Positions 12,201 to 28,300 of a DNA stretch of 64,000 bases are shown one piece after another. The notes under the pieces are model-generated. The model saw nothing but the letters and a program-made list of their open reading frames with translations, did no database searches and was not told the origin of the DNA. This DNA is from Lingula anatina (taxonomy: Eukaryota; Animalia; Brachiopoda). Every line of letters starts with the position of its first letter. Positions within the stretch are counted from its first letter, which is position 1. The stretch covers positions 25,194,534 to 25,258,533 of the forward strand of contig CM120644.1 in assembly GCA_051362555.1 (NCBI GenBank). Reading direction: 5' to 3'. A program made the position numbers and the translations under genes.

Positions 12201-15200
12201 CATCCACTTCATATATATAGCAAAATATGAGACCACTGAGACTGACCAGTGGTCTCACTGTATATATGAAGTGGATGGCCAGTGGTCACATATTTTGCTG
12301 TATATATGAAGTGGATGGCCAGTGGTCTCAGTGGTCTCATATTTTGCTGTATATATGAAGTGGATGGCCAGTGGTCTCAGTGGTCTCATATTTTGCTGTA
12401 TATATGAAGTGGATGGCCAGTGGTCTCAGTGGTCTCATATTTTGCTGTATATATGAAGTGGATGGCCAGTGGTCTCAGTGGTCTCATATTTTGCTGTATA
12501 TATGAAGTGGATGGCCAGTGGTCTCAGTGGTCTCATATTTTGCTGTATATATGAAGTGGATGGCCAGTGGTCTCAGTGGTCTCATATTTTGCTGTATATA
12601 TGAAGTGGATGGCCAGTGGTCTCATATTTTGCTATATATATGAAGTGGATGGCCAGTGGTCTCAGTGGTCTCATATTTTGCTATATATATGAAGTGGATG
12701 GCCAGTGGTCTCAGTGGTCTCATATTTTGCTGAATATATGAAGTGGATGGCCAGTGGTCTCAGTGGTCTCATATTTTGCTGTATATATGAAGTGGATGGC
12801 CAGTGGTCTCAGTGGTCTCATATTTTGCTGTATATATGAAGTGGATGGCCAGTGGTCTCAGTGGTCTCATATTTTGCTGTATATATGAAGTGGATGGCCA
12901 GTGGTCTCAGTGGTCTCATATTTTTCTGTATATATGAAGTGGATGGCCAGTGGTCTCAGTGGTCTCATATTTTTCTGTATATATGAAGTGGATGGCCAGT
13001 GGTCTCAGTGGTTTCATATTTTTCTGTATATATGAAGTGGATGGCCAGTGGTCACATATTTTGCTGTATATATGAAGTGGATGACCAGTGGTCTCAGTGG
13101 TCTCATATTTTGCTGTATATATGAAGTGGATGGCCAGTGGTCTCAGTGGTCAAACTGGGGCACCTGCTCAGTAAGCTGTGGGGGTGGCAGTAGGAGTAGG
13201 ACCAGGTCCTGTAGTGATCCAGCCCCAGCATTTGGTGGCAGCCCGTGCCCAGGATCACCTCCAGACACACAGACTGATACGGAGTCCTGCAATACTAATG
13301 GCTGTCCAGGTAATATATATATACTCATAGCCCAAGAGATATATGCTGAAAAAATGGATATTAACTTAATTCAATAAAGTTTTAAAAAAATATTATTAAT
13401 TGTGTATAAAGGAACTCTTGTAGTACGGTAATGTCCCAAGCATTTCGATGGGCCCAGTCAATCCGACCAGAAAAATTATATTAAAAAATTAATTTTTCTG
13501 GGCTCAAACATTTAGTCAACACATAAAAATCATTGGAATTTTTTTCTTGTTCCGATTGTTCGACCACATCGTCGGCAAGACTCGGTAAATTTTCAAGCCA
13601 GTGAAATAGATGCTGCATGCCTCGGCCCTTTGTCAATTGTTGTCCTTTCAATAGCTCTCGTCAATGAGGAAGAAGCAATTAATTGAAGATCTTTTCTGGA
13701 ACCGTGACATACCTGTCATTTCCTTTGTGCCCGATGACAATAACAGTGCTTATATATGGACATACAGTTTGTGCTAATTAAGCAGACTTTTGATTTTAGT
13801 TGTCATATTCAAATTCAAATAGAGCATACGTAGATCACATAACTTGTTTAAGTCTATTAAAACTATTCAAATATAAGTGACCGGGCATTGTTCACAACAC
13901 CTGTCTCCGGGGAAATACAGTACTAGTCCCACTTGTGAAGCGCGTCATGAAAATGATCGCAGGTGAGGGAAATAAATAGATAGAAGTTATAATTGTCGTC
14001 TGTTTGAATGTTTAGTGCTGTTAGCAAATATTATACACAGTAATATAAAATATCAAAAGGAGAATAAAACGTGCCTGAAACACGTGTTAGGCGAAAATTG
14101 CGGCTTATCTTGCGTGACACTTCTGGTAAAATGCAATACTTCCGGAAAGATGGACGTTTTGGCAGATACCCCTAACAATCCGACGATATCAAAGTTTTCC
14201 ATTGCTATATTTTAATCAATTCGACAAAACTGACATTTCCATGAAATTAATTAATTAATCTTGGTCGAATTGTTTGGCATATTACCGTACCAACCAGTAG
14301 CTGATTAACCTGATATATAGTAATTTATATTTGTATACTTTATTTTTATTCAGATAAGTTGGTGGACATTTGTTGTTATTGTTGTTTTACAGTCTGGATT
14401 AGAACTGAATGATATTTTTGTCTGTTGTCTCAAGTGAATGGGACCATCACTAGTGGGCTAGATTTGGTCTTAAAGTGCAATTTAAGTTCACAAGTGATCT
14501 TACACGATCTTAATCATTACAGCAGTAGTCTTAAAATAGACTGAATCTGCTTTTAAGATCAAAAATGATCTAACATCTACTTATGTGGTCAAGCAGTTTC
14601 CTCCCCTCACCATGGGGGATACCTCCCCTAACAATAGAGGACACCTTTGTTCACAATAGACCTTTTTCATCTTTTGCGGAAATACAAAGTGCGCATGACA
14701 GGAACCGTGCACCACAGGGGTCATGGTGGTCCTCTGCTGTTTCCAGCATGGCAATGCTAGGTGTAGCTAGAGGATACCTCTGCTCACAATATAGGAGAAT
14801 GTGTAAGGGGAGATAAATGGCTGTCAGAAATGGCCTTACTCACGGTTTAAAATCATGTAAGACTATTTGTGAACTTATATTGCACTTTAAGACCAAATCA
14901 AGCTCACTAGTGAAGGAAACTGCACCTCACCTTTCCTTCTCACCAACACTTTTCCTTGACATTTGTCTCGGACTTCTGAGTTAATCTTGGTCTACTCAAC
15001 TAACATGACAAACATTAAGATTTAAAAAAAAAATGGTGTATCACCAGTGAGTACACTCATCACCTGTGTATGCTCAGGTAAAAGCTGGGAAGGTTACTTG
15101 GGCACTGAAGTGTGCGGTGCAGTGTGTTTTTAAGTACATGGACAGGGAGAGTGGAGTTGGCTTAGGAGACAATGTATTGAAATGACTTCCTATGAATTTT

Positions 15201-18200
15201 TCCCAAATGTGTAGAAATATGTAGCAGTGATCAAGTGAAGTATAATAGCTTTAAATCCAATTCTGAGGGTTTAAAGCTGAAACACATAACGTGTACCAGT
15301 GTACCACATATTGTTCTTTTGATGGTTTTTAGTTGATGGAAACTGGGGAGGTTGGACATCATGGAGCAACTGTAGCAGGACATGTGGGGGAGGCGTAAGG
15401 TTTAAATCACGTGAGTGTAATAACCCAATGCCTTCCAATGGTGGGGTGTCCTGTCCTGGATCCAGTAATCTGACAGAGACGTGCAACTCACAAGGCTGCC
15501 CTAGTAAGTGACTGTATCTTTCTTGATTAAGATATTGGAATAGTAAATGGATATAAAATAGTTATACAGGCATGCGTACAAATGATATGATTTTATAGTC
15601 AAATTATCATATTACCTTGATTAAACTTTTAAGCATTGGAATGTGTCATTCTATTTCAAGACTGTATTAATTTTCTGCAACAAAAGTGCTAATTTTTGGG
15701 GGTAAATGAATTGATTTTTACTAAGATTATAATAACTAGCCAGGAACAGATGACTCAAACCTAGCTACACTGATTTTATAACTATAACTGGAAATAAACT
15801 ACCACAGAGGAGTAAGAATGCATGGTGACCATTTTCCCCCAATGATATAGATATATATTAAAATATTGCCCATTACTAAGCCCACTAATACTAAAGTTCA
15901 CTGACCTGTTATGATCAAGCTGGGGCAGATTTTTTTAGCCAGACAGCAGACAATGAGCAAACTGGATAAAACAAACTGTATATACATGTGTACCTTGTAT
16001 ACAGAACATATTGTAAGGAGTTGCCATGTGTTTGGCTTATATCCATCATATCCCTCTGGGGATGTTGCTCATTTCTTCCATATGTTTATCCATAGTCAAT
16101 GGTGGGTTCACAAATTGGAGTTCATGGGGCACCTGTAATGTCATCTGTGGTGTAGGAATCCAGTCAAGAACCAGGACATGTACCAATCCAGTACCACAAA
16201 ATGGAGGTGCTGATTGTGTGGGAATCACACTGGACTTCCAACAGTGTAATACTCAGGAGTGTCCAGGTAAATTATTTGTTCCTTTTGGTGAGATTTTATC
16301 CATATGCAGTACCATTTATATTGTTTTATTCATGATGTATTAATTAAAATAAAGTATATATGCCATCTTGTATATTTAAATGTAAAAAAGTCTGCATCTA
16401 TAACTGATGTTATGGTATCCAGCTGGTCAGTCTTCAAGAACTATTTTACAAAATACCTTATATTTCAGTGGATGGAGGATACAGTCAGTGGAGCACTTGG
16501 GGCACTTGTTCTTCTACTTGTGGAGGCGGCTCTCAAACAAGAACCAGAACTTGCACAAACCCTACTCCAGCTTTTAATGGCAATGACTGTTCTGGTCTTG
16601 GACCTAACTCAGAAACACAGCAATGCAACACACAGGGATGTCCAAGTGAGACAGCAACTTTACAAAAATTATTTTCAGGACAAGAATCAAATGCATTTTT
16701 TTCTTTTTTGTATTAAAAGGGAAAGTATATATAAAAAAATCTAGCATGTTAAATTCTTTTCATTAATAGAGCATCTCATTTGTAGTCAATGGTGGGTTCA
16801 CAAATTGGAGTTCATGGGGCACCTGTAATGTCACCTGTGGTGGAGGCTCCCAGTCAAGAACCAGGACATGTACCAATCCAGTGCCACAAAATGGAGGTGC
16901 TGATTGTGTGGGAATCAGACTGGAGTTACAACAGTGTAATACTCAGGGGTGTCCAGGTGAGATACTCCTAATTTTACTCTCATTGAATTCAGGAAAAATC
17001 TTCAATCCATTTCATTATCTGTAAGATGCTGATTCTATTTAGGGTCATTATACTACAAAATAAGTATTTATTCCTCGAGTCAAGTTATAGTCTTTTTCTA
17101 CTTTTTTTTTTTACTGAAGTTTTGAAATATAGGGTGTCCCATGGGCTATTCAAGACAGAAAAGACAACTGTGAATGAGAGAATGACAGACTTCAGTAACA
17201 GAACAAAAGAAGCAATATTAAGAGCTGTAATAAAGATTACCATTATTGCTTTGTCTTGCTCAGATCGTTCGTGATCTCCCGCTGACGATCTTCTGCTAAT
17301 GAAGTCCCTTAAAATGTACAAATGAAATGAAAGGATATTTTAAAAAAATAATACGTTTCAATGGGGAGGGAGGGTTAAAAACAATCGATTACGATCTTCC
17401 ACTGACGCTCTTTCACGAACTAACTCCCTTGAGTAAATATGAAAATTGCCTTCTCGTCTCCCTTAGATTGAGAACGATCTCTAGCTGACAATCTTCCGCA
17501 AACGAAAGTCATTGAACATTTATGAGCTTTCTCTTTTCGCTCGGATTGCGAATGATCTCCTGACGATACGAAAATTGCATTCTCGTATTGCCCTTTTGAT
17601 AACGAGGTCTTTTTAACAAATATGAAAATTGCCTCCTCGTCTATCTTGGATTGCGATCTCTTGCTGAAAATTTGAAAATTGCCTTTTTGTCAATCAGCTT
17701 TGTCAGTTGCCATACGTATGAAAGACCAGAATGTGTCCCCTTTCACAAATTGGCGGTTAGTTTATTTAGAGTGCACCGCATGAAGGTCACTCTTGTCACT
17801 GCTGCATACAGTGTGGAATGTGTATCTTAAAGTTAACAGAAACATTTTATTGCTTTTTGTAAGCTGTAGGAAGTATTTTAGTCTTGACTGAATATAAGCG
17901 TTCACCACAAAGTAGTACCATTCATCTGTGACGCATCATAAAATCTGGGTACGTCAAATTACTCTAAGAAAATTTCTTACAATGTCCACAGCTGCCCCGA
18001 CAAGCCAAGACGTCATTTTCCAAAAAATAAAAAAGTCATAAGCCGTCAAGCCCCCTTTGAAAATATAGGCCGTCCAGTGATGTTAGCAACCGTCCAAACG
18101 ATGGCTGGACCGGTCGCTGGGAAAAGCCTTGCTCATAACGGTATATATATTTATCAAGGGGCTTTCTGACATAAACTTTGGGCACTAAGAGCGCATTCTC

Positions 18201-20091
18201 AACGAATTAAGCCAGGCTTTACAAAGCCGGTGACCTAAAAATGGCGGACGTACATGAAAGAAAAACCGCCTAATCTTTTAATAGTCTCTCAGCCTCCCCA
18301 CACGTCGTCCCTGTGGGGTACAGTAATTAAATCTCGGCTCCGTTCGCCATGCGGAAGCTACCTGAGAAATATTAAGTGCGCATGCTCATCAGTTAAACTC
18401 GTGGTAAAGAAGGCATAGCGGCTGAAGGCGATCGAAAAAAAAAAGCTCTTCTGTTCTATTATCTTTGAAAACAGAGACGAAAAAGGAATAATTTGGCCCG
18501 TAGAGCAGCAATGAATCGACTATCTAAGGAGATAATATCACCAGAGATATTCACGGAAATATTAATGTTCGGAGCCGAGATTTAATTACTGTACCCCGCA
18601 GGCACGACGTGTGGGGAGGCGTGTGAGAGGCGGAGAGACTATTAAAAGATTAGGCGGTTTTTCTTTCATGTACGTCCGCCATTTTTAGGTCACCGGCTTT
18701 GTAAAGCCTGGCTTAATTCGTTGAGAATGCGCTCTTATAGATTGTGCCTGCTTGTATCGAGCTAAATTCTGAATAACAGTGTGGTAGGTACTGCTGTTCG
18801 ATGTGTTTTGGTGTACTTATCCTGAGTTCTCAAAAAAAAAAAAAAAAAAAATCTGAAAAACAGAACACTTGGATCATTGTACTATCATGGCCGGGGCCTT
18901 CTTGCTATCCACTTTGTGATATCCACTTCATCGTCGGCTTCTCTAGGTTAAACTTACAGATGACATTACCCACCTTATATGCAAGTGCATGGCTCCCAAA
19001 ATCAACCAATTATATTAAAGGATAAAATTCTAATATATCCAAGTTTAATTGTTTGTGCATTTTGTAGAAGTTGCCCATACCACCTTGTTAGTTTGGAGGG
19101 TTAAGCTGGATCAAGTCCGTGCAAAATTCTTTTAAGCTTTGCAGGCAAAATCAATCTTTCTTTATGTCTCTGGCTCCTGGTATAGCCCAATGATCAGATT
19201 TATCCAGTGCCTTAAGGTCTGCTGAAGCAGCTCTTTGAAAATAATGCACAGGTAGATTTTTACCTGAGATAAATATCGCCAGCAAGGGTGCATTCAATAC
19301 ACTCAAGACAAAGATTACCTGTGAACTGAAGGGCACTTTACCATTAAGAGGTAAAGGGATTTCCATCTAGATGGACGATTAAGATTGGACTTCTGATGGT
19401 AACTATAGTATTGTTTACCTCAGTTATGTGAAAGCTAACGAGAAAGGGTGTTAGAACAATGGTGCATATATGCAATTATACAGAGGATTTGTACATTCAG
19501 GTGACATTACCTGTTACTTACAATAGGAGGGGATTTTTGATAATATTTCTTGAAAAATACACTAAATTGATAGAGAATAATATCATGGTTGGCCAAAAAA
19601 TTGTATGCACAGTGAATCCGTATGAATGCCTGGTTATGCCCCTTGTCAAAGACATATATTAATATATATTCACAGGCAATTTCGGTAACTTCACGTAATA
19701 TCTTTTTACTGTAGGCTGTAGCTCCTAATAGTACATTAGGTAATGTCTAAAGAGGCAGCTAGAGTAGGCTTGTTTACTATTTTGATTAAGAAGCCATTGA
19801 TTAGGAAGTTCATGAAGCCATTGTCTTGGTTGGATACTAAACCCAGCAGGCAAAATATGTTGTTTTAACACTCACTGAAACAACATTGAACCATAACGTT
19901 GATAAGACGTTGGATAAACATTGGATTTGAAATTTGACTCAACCTCAGATAACAACGTTGTATCAATGTCAGATAACAACATTGTATCAACTCCAGTTGT
20001 TAGACAACATTCTTGCATGAAAAGACATTGAAATGACTTGAGGGTAGGGTATAAAAGTATGGCTTTTAAGTTAAAATTTCCAAGGTTTAGA

Positions 20092-20156
<65 letters not shown>

Positions 20157-22266
20157 CAAAGTCACAGTCAACTAAACCTGTCTATGTATAACAGGTTACC
20201 AAGAACTGTTAACTTTATTAATTCACTCAGTCACATTTACAGCAACTTATTCATCCTAGTGTTAGCTGACCTTGCAAGGAGTTCAGTTTATTGTAATGTA
20301 TTTCTGAATAACAAGTTAAGAAAATTCACTAGTTCACTAAAGACACTAAACAACTGTCACTTTTACTTTTAACACTTTTTTTCATTATTTTGATAAAGTT
20401 AGTTACAGTATTGATAAACAAAGTATCACGTTTTCAACAATTAATATTTTAAAATATAATCCATGTCTGCAAGGTTGTGTCAATGACCAAAATACAACGT
20501 TGAGTCAACGTCACATTATTACGGTGTTTTGACGTGGCTGGATCAAGGTTGATTTTACTTTGAATTAAGGTAGATCAACGGCAATTCAATGTATCAACCT
20601 GTTTTCAACGTTGATCCTAGGTGACTATGCCTTTTGGGAAGGGTGTAATAGTCAGCATATTGTCAGAATGAACCTGGGCAAGTGACAAGTGAACATTAAA
20701 TGATTGAAACTGGTTATTGTTGTCAGCATTGGATTTCCTCATAGCGATCTACACCTAACTATTTTGACCACGAACTTGTAAGGTAATATCAATGTGTTAT
20801 CCAAATTGAAAGCCTTCAATGGTGTCCGTATTTCAAGCCTTTTTCTAAATTGAATTCATTACTAAATTTTTCGCAGTTCCTGTTGCAAACCATTTCCTGA
20901 TGACTATATGAAAACTGCCTTCTAGCATGGACAAAAAGTCCAAGCTTCTAGGCTTGCTCGGATTGCTGACAATCTCTTGCTGACAAATGCAGTTACAAAG
21001 TCCCTTGAAGTAGTGTGGAAATTGCCTTATCGTCGTGCTCAGATCGCTCACGATCTCCCATTGACGCTCTTCCAGTCCCTTGAACAAATATGAAAATGGC
21101 CTTTCTGTCTTGCTCAAATTGCTAACGAATAGATGATAACTGCCTTTTCAGTTTAGTCTAGATTACCTATCACTCGTGTGTTTCTTTGAAGATGGTTTAA
21201 ATTACAAAATGTAAACACTTTTCAAATGTGTACATTAGCGCAACTATGTGCCAGCTAATCAGTTGCATTGTTGAAAAGCTGCTGGTCAAGATTGGGTTGC
21301 CTAAGCTAAAAAGTGGACATTGAGCCCTGCACCCCCCACAACCTAGTATATTTGATCGCATCTCGGTCATCTTGGTCGCAGCACACGGCAGAGAGAGACC
21401 ATAATACACAGTTGGGCTGCTGTGGTGAAGGATACCTGTGTGCCGCACATACCGATCTGTGGTCGTAGTGGCCTTCCTGCACGGCAGAGAGAAGTCGTAA
21501 TGCCGAGTTCGGCTTCTGCAGTGAAGGCTACATATGCGTCGAAGACACCAACCCGCGCATGGCGACATGAGAATACACTCGTGCATAAAGCTCCGCCCGA
21601 CTTCAACGGTAATCACAGATAAAGGCTACTTGTACGTTCGCCATAGACACTGATTGGCTGTTGTGTTGGTTTCAGTGCATAGAAAGGAGCAACGGTAACA
21701 CTAAGCTACCACAGTAAAGATTATCTGGCCATGGTAGACTATAATCCCCTGCTGTCTCTCCCTCCGTCCACATCCATTCTGAGTGCCTGGATCGTTTTTG
21801 AAAAACGACACTTGTTTCTGGCTGCCTGAATCGCTTTTGCAAAAGGACACTACTTATAATGATGCTGCTCTGCGTCCCTAGCCAACAGTACCGCTTGTTA
21901 TCTAGAAACTTGGGTTGTACACAGTGATCGGGTGAAAGTATGTGTATTACTGACACTCACCCAATTACCGACACTCACCCATCACACATTATGGTAACTC
22001 TAAATAGATCCTCGGGAGAAGATAACATAAGGCCTAGCAATGGACAGACAACTTCCAGTCAAAATTGACAGAATTCCATGAAATTTGAACGTTTGGAAGT
22101 TCTGAGCACCTCCATTTCTTGAATTTCGGCCAAAACGAACTTTTCCCAAATTTAATTGTTTTCAACTGTTCGAAATTCATGGCACATTACCATACACTGA
22201 TTTTATAACTGTAACTGGAAATAAACTACCACAGAGGAGTAAGAATGCATGGTGACCATTTTCCCC

Positions 22267-22317
<51 letters not shown>

Positions 22318-25300
22318 CCCATTACTAAGCCCACTAATACTAAAGTTCACTGACCTGTTATGATCAAGCTGGGGCAGATTTTTTAGCCAGACAGCAGACA
22401 ATGAGCAAACTGGATAAAAGAAACTGTATATACATGTGTACCTTGTATACAGAACATATTGTAAGGAGTTGCCATGTGTTTGGCTTATATCCATCATATC
22501 CCTCTGGGGATTTTGCTCATTTCTTCCATATGTTTATCCATAGTCAATGGTGGGTTCACAAATTGGAGTTCATGGGGTACCTGTAATGTCACCTGTGGTG
22601 GAGGCTCCCAGTCAAGAACCAGGACATGTACCAATCCAGTACCACAAAATGGAGGTGCTGATTGTGTGGGAATCACACTGGAGTTCCAACAGTGTAATAC
22701 TCAGGGGTGTCCAGGTAAATTATTTCTTCCTTTTGGTGAGATTTTATTCATATATATTGTTTTATTCATGATGTATTAATTAAAATAAAGTATATATGCC
22801 ATCTTGTATATTTAAATGTAAAAAAGTCTGCGGCTATAACTGATGTTATGGTATCCAGCTGGTCAGTCTTCAAGAACTATTTTACAAAATACCTTATATT
22901 TCAGTGGATGGAGGATACAGTCAGTGGAGCACTTGGGGCACTTGTTCTTCTACATGTGGAGGTGGCTCTCAAACAAGAACCAGAACTTGCACAAACCCTA
23001 CTCCAGCTTTTAATGGCAATGACTGTTCTGGTCTTGGACCTAACTCAGGAACACAGCAATGCAACACACAGGGATGTCCAAGTGAGACAGCAACTTTACA
23101 AAAATTATTTTCAGGACAAAAATCAAATACATTTTTTCTTATTTTCATGTATTAAAAGGGAAAGTGTATACAAAAAATCTAGAAGATCTGTATGTTAATT
23201 AACAAATTTTATTCATTAAGGCTCCGTTCACATGGAAAATCTATTTTCTAAAAATCTATTTTTGGTATCTTGTGATCACGGTCTGTGCTGTGGATACCCC
23301 ACGGTGTAATAACTGGCAAAGCGAGCGAGTTATTTTCAAAGCTGTTATTAATTCTCGGCTGATTTCGGAGGAGATTCTGAAACCTTGACGCATGCGCAGT
23401 AGGAAGTTAGAAAGTAAATGGTGGTCGCGGTTACTTTGAAAAATGTGTTTGTCAAATTTGTGCAACAACAAGATGAAGAAGATGAAGAAGCTATACACAC
23501 AACAGATATGAGTGCAACTATTACGATCCGATGGCAAGCGATGCATCAAGGTATCAGAATCTCTTCTGAGCGCAGCCGAGATTTAATTACAGCTTTGGAA
23601 TTAACTCGCTCGTGCTACCAGTAATTACGCTGCAGGGTATCCAGGGCAAAGACCTTGATCACAAGATACCAAAAATAGATTTTTAGAAAATAGATTTTCC
23701 ATTGGCAGAGCCTAATAGAGCATATCTCTACACTTTTCATTTGTAGTCAATGGTGGGTTCACAAATTGGAGTTCATGGGGTACCTGTAATGTCACCTGTG
23801 GTGGAGGCTCCCAGTCAAGAACCAGGACATGTACCAATCCAGTACCACAAAATGGAGGTGCTGATTGTGTGGGAATCAGACTGGAGTTACAACAGTGTAA
23901 TACTCAGGGGTGTCCAGGTAAATTATTTGTTCCTTTTGGTGAGATTTTATTCATATATATTGTTTTATTCATGATGTATTAATTAAAATAAAGTATATAT
24001 GCCATCTTGTATATTTAAATGTAAAAAAGTCTGCGGCTATAACTGATGTTATGGTATCCAGCTGGTCAGTCTTCAAGAACTATTTTACAAAGTACCTTAT
24101 ATTTCAGTGGATGGAGGATACAGTCAGTGGAGCACTTGGGGCACTTGTTCTTCTACTTGTGGAGGCGGCTCTCAAACAAGAACCAGAACTTGCACAAACC
24201 CTACTCCAGCTTTTAATGGCAATGACTGTTCTGGTCTTGGACCTAACTCAGAAACACAGCAATGCAACACACAGGGATGTCCAAGTGAGACAGCAACTTT
24301 ACAAAAATTATTTTCAGGACAAAAATCAAATACATTTTTTCTTATTTTCTTGTATTAAAAGGGAAAGTGTATACAAAAAATCTAGAAGATCTGTATGTTA
24401 ATTAACAAATTTTATTCATTAAGGCTCCGTTCACATGGAAAATCTATTTTCTAAAAATCTATTTTTGGTATCTTGTGATCACGGTCTGTGCTGTGGATAC
24501 CCCACGGTGTAATAACTGGCAAAGCGAGCGAGTTATTTTCAAAGCTGTTATTAATTCTCGGCTGATTTCGGAGGAGATTCTGAAACCTTGACGCATGCGC
24601 AGTAGGAAGTTAGAAAGTAAATGGTGGTCGCGGTTACTTTGAAAAATGTGTTTGTCAAATTTGTGCAACAACAAGATGAAGAAGATGAAGAAGCTATACA
24701 CACAACAGATATGAGTGCAACTATTACGATCCGATGGCAAGCGATGCATCAAGGTATCAGAATCTCTTCTGAGCGCAGCCGAGATTTAATTACAGCTTTG
24801 GAATTAACTCGCTCGTGCTACCAGTAATTACGCTGCAGGGTATCCAGGGCAAAGACCTTGATCACAAGATACCAAAAATAGATTTTTAGAAAATACATTT
24901 TCCATTGGCAGAGCCTAATAGAGCATATCTCTACACTTTTCATTTGTAGTCAATGGTGGGTTCACAAATTGGAGTTCATGGGGTACCTGTAATGTCACCT
25001 GTGGTGGAGGCTCCCAGTCAAGAACCAGGACATGTACCAATCCAGTACCACAAAATGGAGGTGCTGATTGTGTGGGAATCAGACTGGAGTTACAACAGTG
25101 TAATACTCAGGGGTGTCCAGGTAAATTATTTGTTCCTTTTGGTGAGATTTTATTCATATATATTGTTTTATTCATGATGTATTAATTAAAATAAAGTATA
25201 TATGCCATCTTGTATATTTAAATGTAAAAAAGTCTGCGGCTATAACTGATGTTATGGTATCCAGCTGGTCAGTCTTCAAGAACTATTTTACAAAGTACCT

Positions 25301-28300
25301 TATATTTCAGTGGATGGAGGATACAGTCAGTGGAGCACTTGGGGCACTTGTTCTTCTACTTGTGGAGGCGGCTCTCAAACAAGAACCAGAACTTGCACAA
25401 ACCCTACTCCAGCTTTTAATGGCAATGACTGTTCTGGTCTTGGACCTAACTCAGAAACACAGCAATGCAACACACAGGGATGTCCAAGTGAGACAGCAAT
25501 TTTACAAACATTATTTTCAGGACAAAAATCAAATACATTTTTTCTTATTTTCTTGTATTGAAAGGGAAAGTGTATACAAAAATTCTAGAAGATCTGTATG
25601 TTAACAAATTTTATTCATTAAGGCTCTGTTCAGATGGAAAATTTATTTTATAAAAATCTATTTTCGGTATCTTGTGATCACGGTCTTTGCTCTGGATACC
25701 CCGCGGCGTAATTACTGGCAAAGCGAGCGAGTTATTTTCAAGGCTGTTATTAATTCTCGGCTGTGCTCGGAGGAGATTCTGATACCTTGACGCATGCATA
25801 GTAGGAAGTTAGAAAGTAAATGGTGGTCGTGGTTGCTTTGAAATATGTTTTTGTCGAATTTGTGCAACAACAAGATGAAGAAGATGAAGAAGCTATACAC
25901 ACAACAGATATGAGTGCAACTGTTACGATCCAATGGCAAGCAATGCATCAAGGTATCAGAATCTCTTCGGAGCGCAGTCGAGATTTAATTACAGCTTTGG
26001 AATTAACTTGCTCGTGCTGCCAGTAATTACGCTGCAGGGTATCTAGGGCACAGACCGTGATCACAAGATACCAAAAATAGATTTTTAGAAAATAGATTTT
26101 CCATGTGAACAGAGCCTAATAGAGCATATCTCTACACTTCTCATTTGTAGTCAATGGTGGGTTCACAAATTGGAGTTCATGGGGCACCTGTAATGTCACC
26201 TGTGGTGGAGGCTCCCAGTCAAGAACCAGGACATGTACCAATCCAGTACCACAAAATGGAGGTGCTGATTGTGTGGGAATCAGACTGGAGTTACAACAGT
26301 GTAATACTCAGGGGTGTCCAGGTAAATTATATGGTTCTTTTAGTGAGATTTTATTCATATGCAGTACCATTAATGTTGTTTTATTCATGATGTATTAATT
26401 AAAATAAAGTATGCCATCTTGTATATTTAAATGTGAAAAAGTCTGCAGCTATAACTGATGTTATGGTATCCAGCTGGTCAGTCTTCAAGAACTATTGTAC
26501 AAAATACCTTATATTTCAGTGGATGGAGGATACAGTCAGTGGAGCACTTGGGGCACTTGTTCTTCTACATGTGGAGGTGGCTCTCAAACAAGAACCAGAA
26601 CTTGCACAAACCCTACTCCAGCTTTTAATGGCAATGACTGTTCTGGTCTTGGACCTAACTCAGAAACACAGCAATGCAACACACAGGGATGTCCAAGTGA
26701 GACAGCAACTTTACAAAAATTATTTTCAGGACAAAAATCAAATACATTTTTTTTCTTTTCTTGTATTAAAAGGGAAAGTGTATACAAAAAATCTAAAAGA
26801 TCTGTATGTTAACAAATTTTATTCATTAATAGAGCATATCTCTACACATCTCATTTGTAGTCAATGGTGGGTTAACAAATTGGAGTTCATGGGGCACCTG
26901 TAATGTCACCTGTGGTGGAGGCTCCCAGTCAAGAACCAGGACATGTACCAATCCAGTACCACAAAATGGAGGTGCTGATTGTGTGGGAATCAGACTGGAG
27001 TTACAACAGTGTAATACTCAGGGGTGTCCAGGTGAGATACTCCTAATTTTCCTCTAATTCAATTCAGGAAAAATCTTCAATCCATTTCAGTATCCGTAAG
27101 ATTCCATTTAGGGTCATTGTGCTACAAAATATATGTATTCCGCTAATGAAGTCCCTTGAAATGTACAAATGAAATGAAAAAAATATTTTAAAAAAAATTT
27201 CAATGGGGAGGGAGGGTTAAAAACAATCGATAACGATTTTCCACTGAAACTCTTTCGCGAACGAACCCCTTGAATGAATATGAAAATTGCCTCCTCGTCT
27301 CGCTTAGATCGAGAACGATCTCCAGCTGATGACCTTCCGCAAACGAAAGTCATTGAAAGAATATGAGCTTTCTCCTTTCACTTGGATTGCGAACGATTTC
27401 CCGCAGACAATACGAAAATTGCGTTCTTGTCTTGCCCTTTGGCTAACAAAGTCTTTTTAGCAAATATGAAAATTGCCTCCTCGTCTCTCTCTCGGATTGC
27501 GAACGATCTCTCGCTGAAAATTTGAAAATTGCCTTTTTGTCAATCAGCTTTGTCAGTTGCTGTATGTATGAAAGACCAGAATGTGTCCCCTTTCACAAAT
27601 TGGCGGTTAGTTTGCTTAGAGTGTACCACATAAAGGTCACTCTTGTCACTGCTGCATACAGTGTGGAATGTATATCTTAAAGTTAACAGAAACATTTTAT
27701 TGCATTTTGTAAGCTTAAGGAAGTAGTTTCATCTTGACTGAATATCAGCGTACACTACAAAGTAGTACCATTCATCTGTGACGCATCGTAAAAGCTGGGT
27801 ACGTCAAATTACTCTAAGAAAATTTCTTACAACGTCCACGGCTGCCCCGACAAGCCAACATGTCATTTTTCCAAAAAAAAAAAAAACAGTTCTAAGCCGT
27901 CTAGCCGTCTTTGAAAATATAGGCCGTCGGTGATGGCCGCGACCGTCCAAATGACGGCTGGACGGTTAGCTGGGAAAAGCCTTGCTCATAACGGAATATT
28001 TATTTAACAAGGGGCTTACTGACACAAACTTTGGGCACTTATATAGATTGTGCCTGCTTGTATCAAGCTAAATTCTAAATAACGGTGTGGTACTGTTGTT
28101 CGATGTGGCTTGCACAGTGCATCCGTGCGTATGCCTGGTTACGCCCCTGTTGCAAACTATTCCCGCTGACTATATGAAAACTGCCTTTTAGCATGGACAA
28201 AAAGTTCAAGCTTCTAGTCTTGCTTGGATCGCTGAAGATCTCTTGCTGACGAATACAGTAATGAAGTCGCTTGAACTAGTGTGGAAATTGCCTTATCATC

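Larger units (their letters stand above)
17185..22192. mobile_element. Inverted, one-end-truncated copy of the 51444 element with nested insertions
   Basis: Ends gaaattcatggcacattacca|TA; extensive reverse-complement similarity to 51444-54320. Confidence 0.8.

Noticed and set aside
21197-21956. GC-richer ORFs here and at 28494-28952 and 51911-52528
   Set aside because: They lie in copies of one non-autonomous element, frames are not conserved between copies, and no domain is recognisable.
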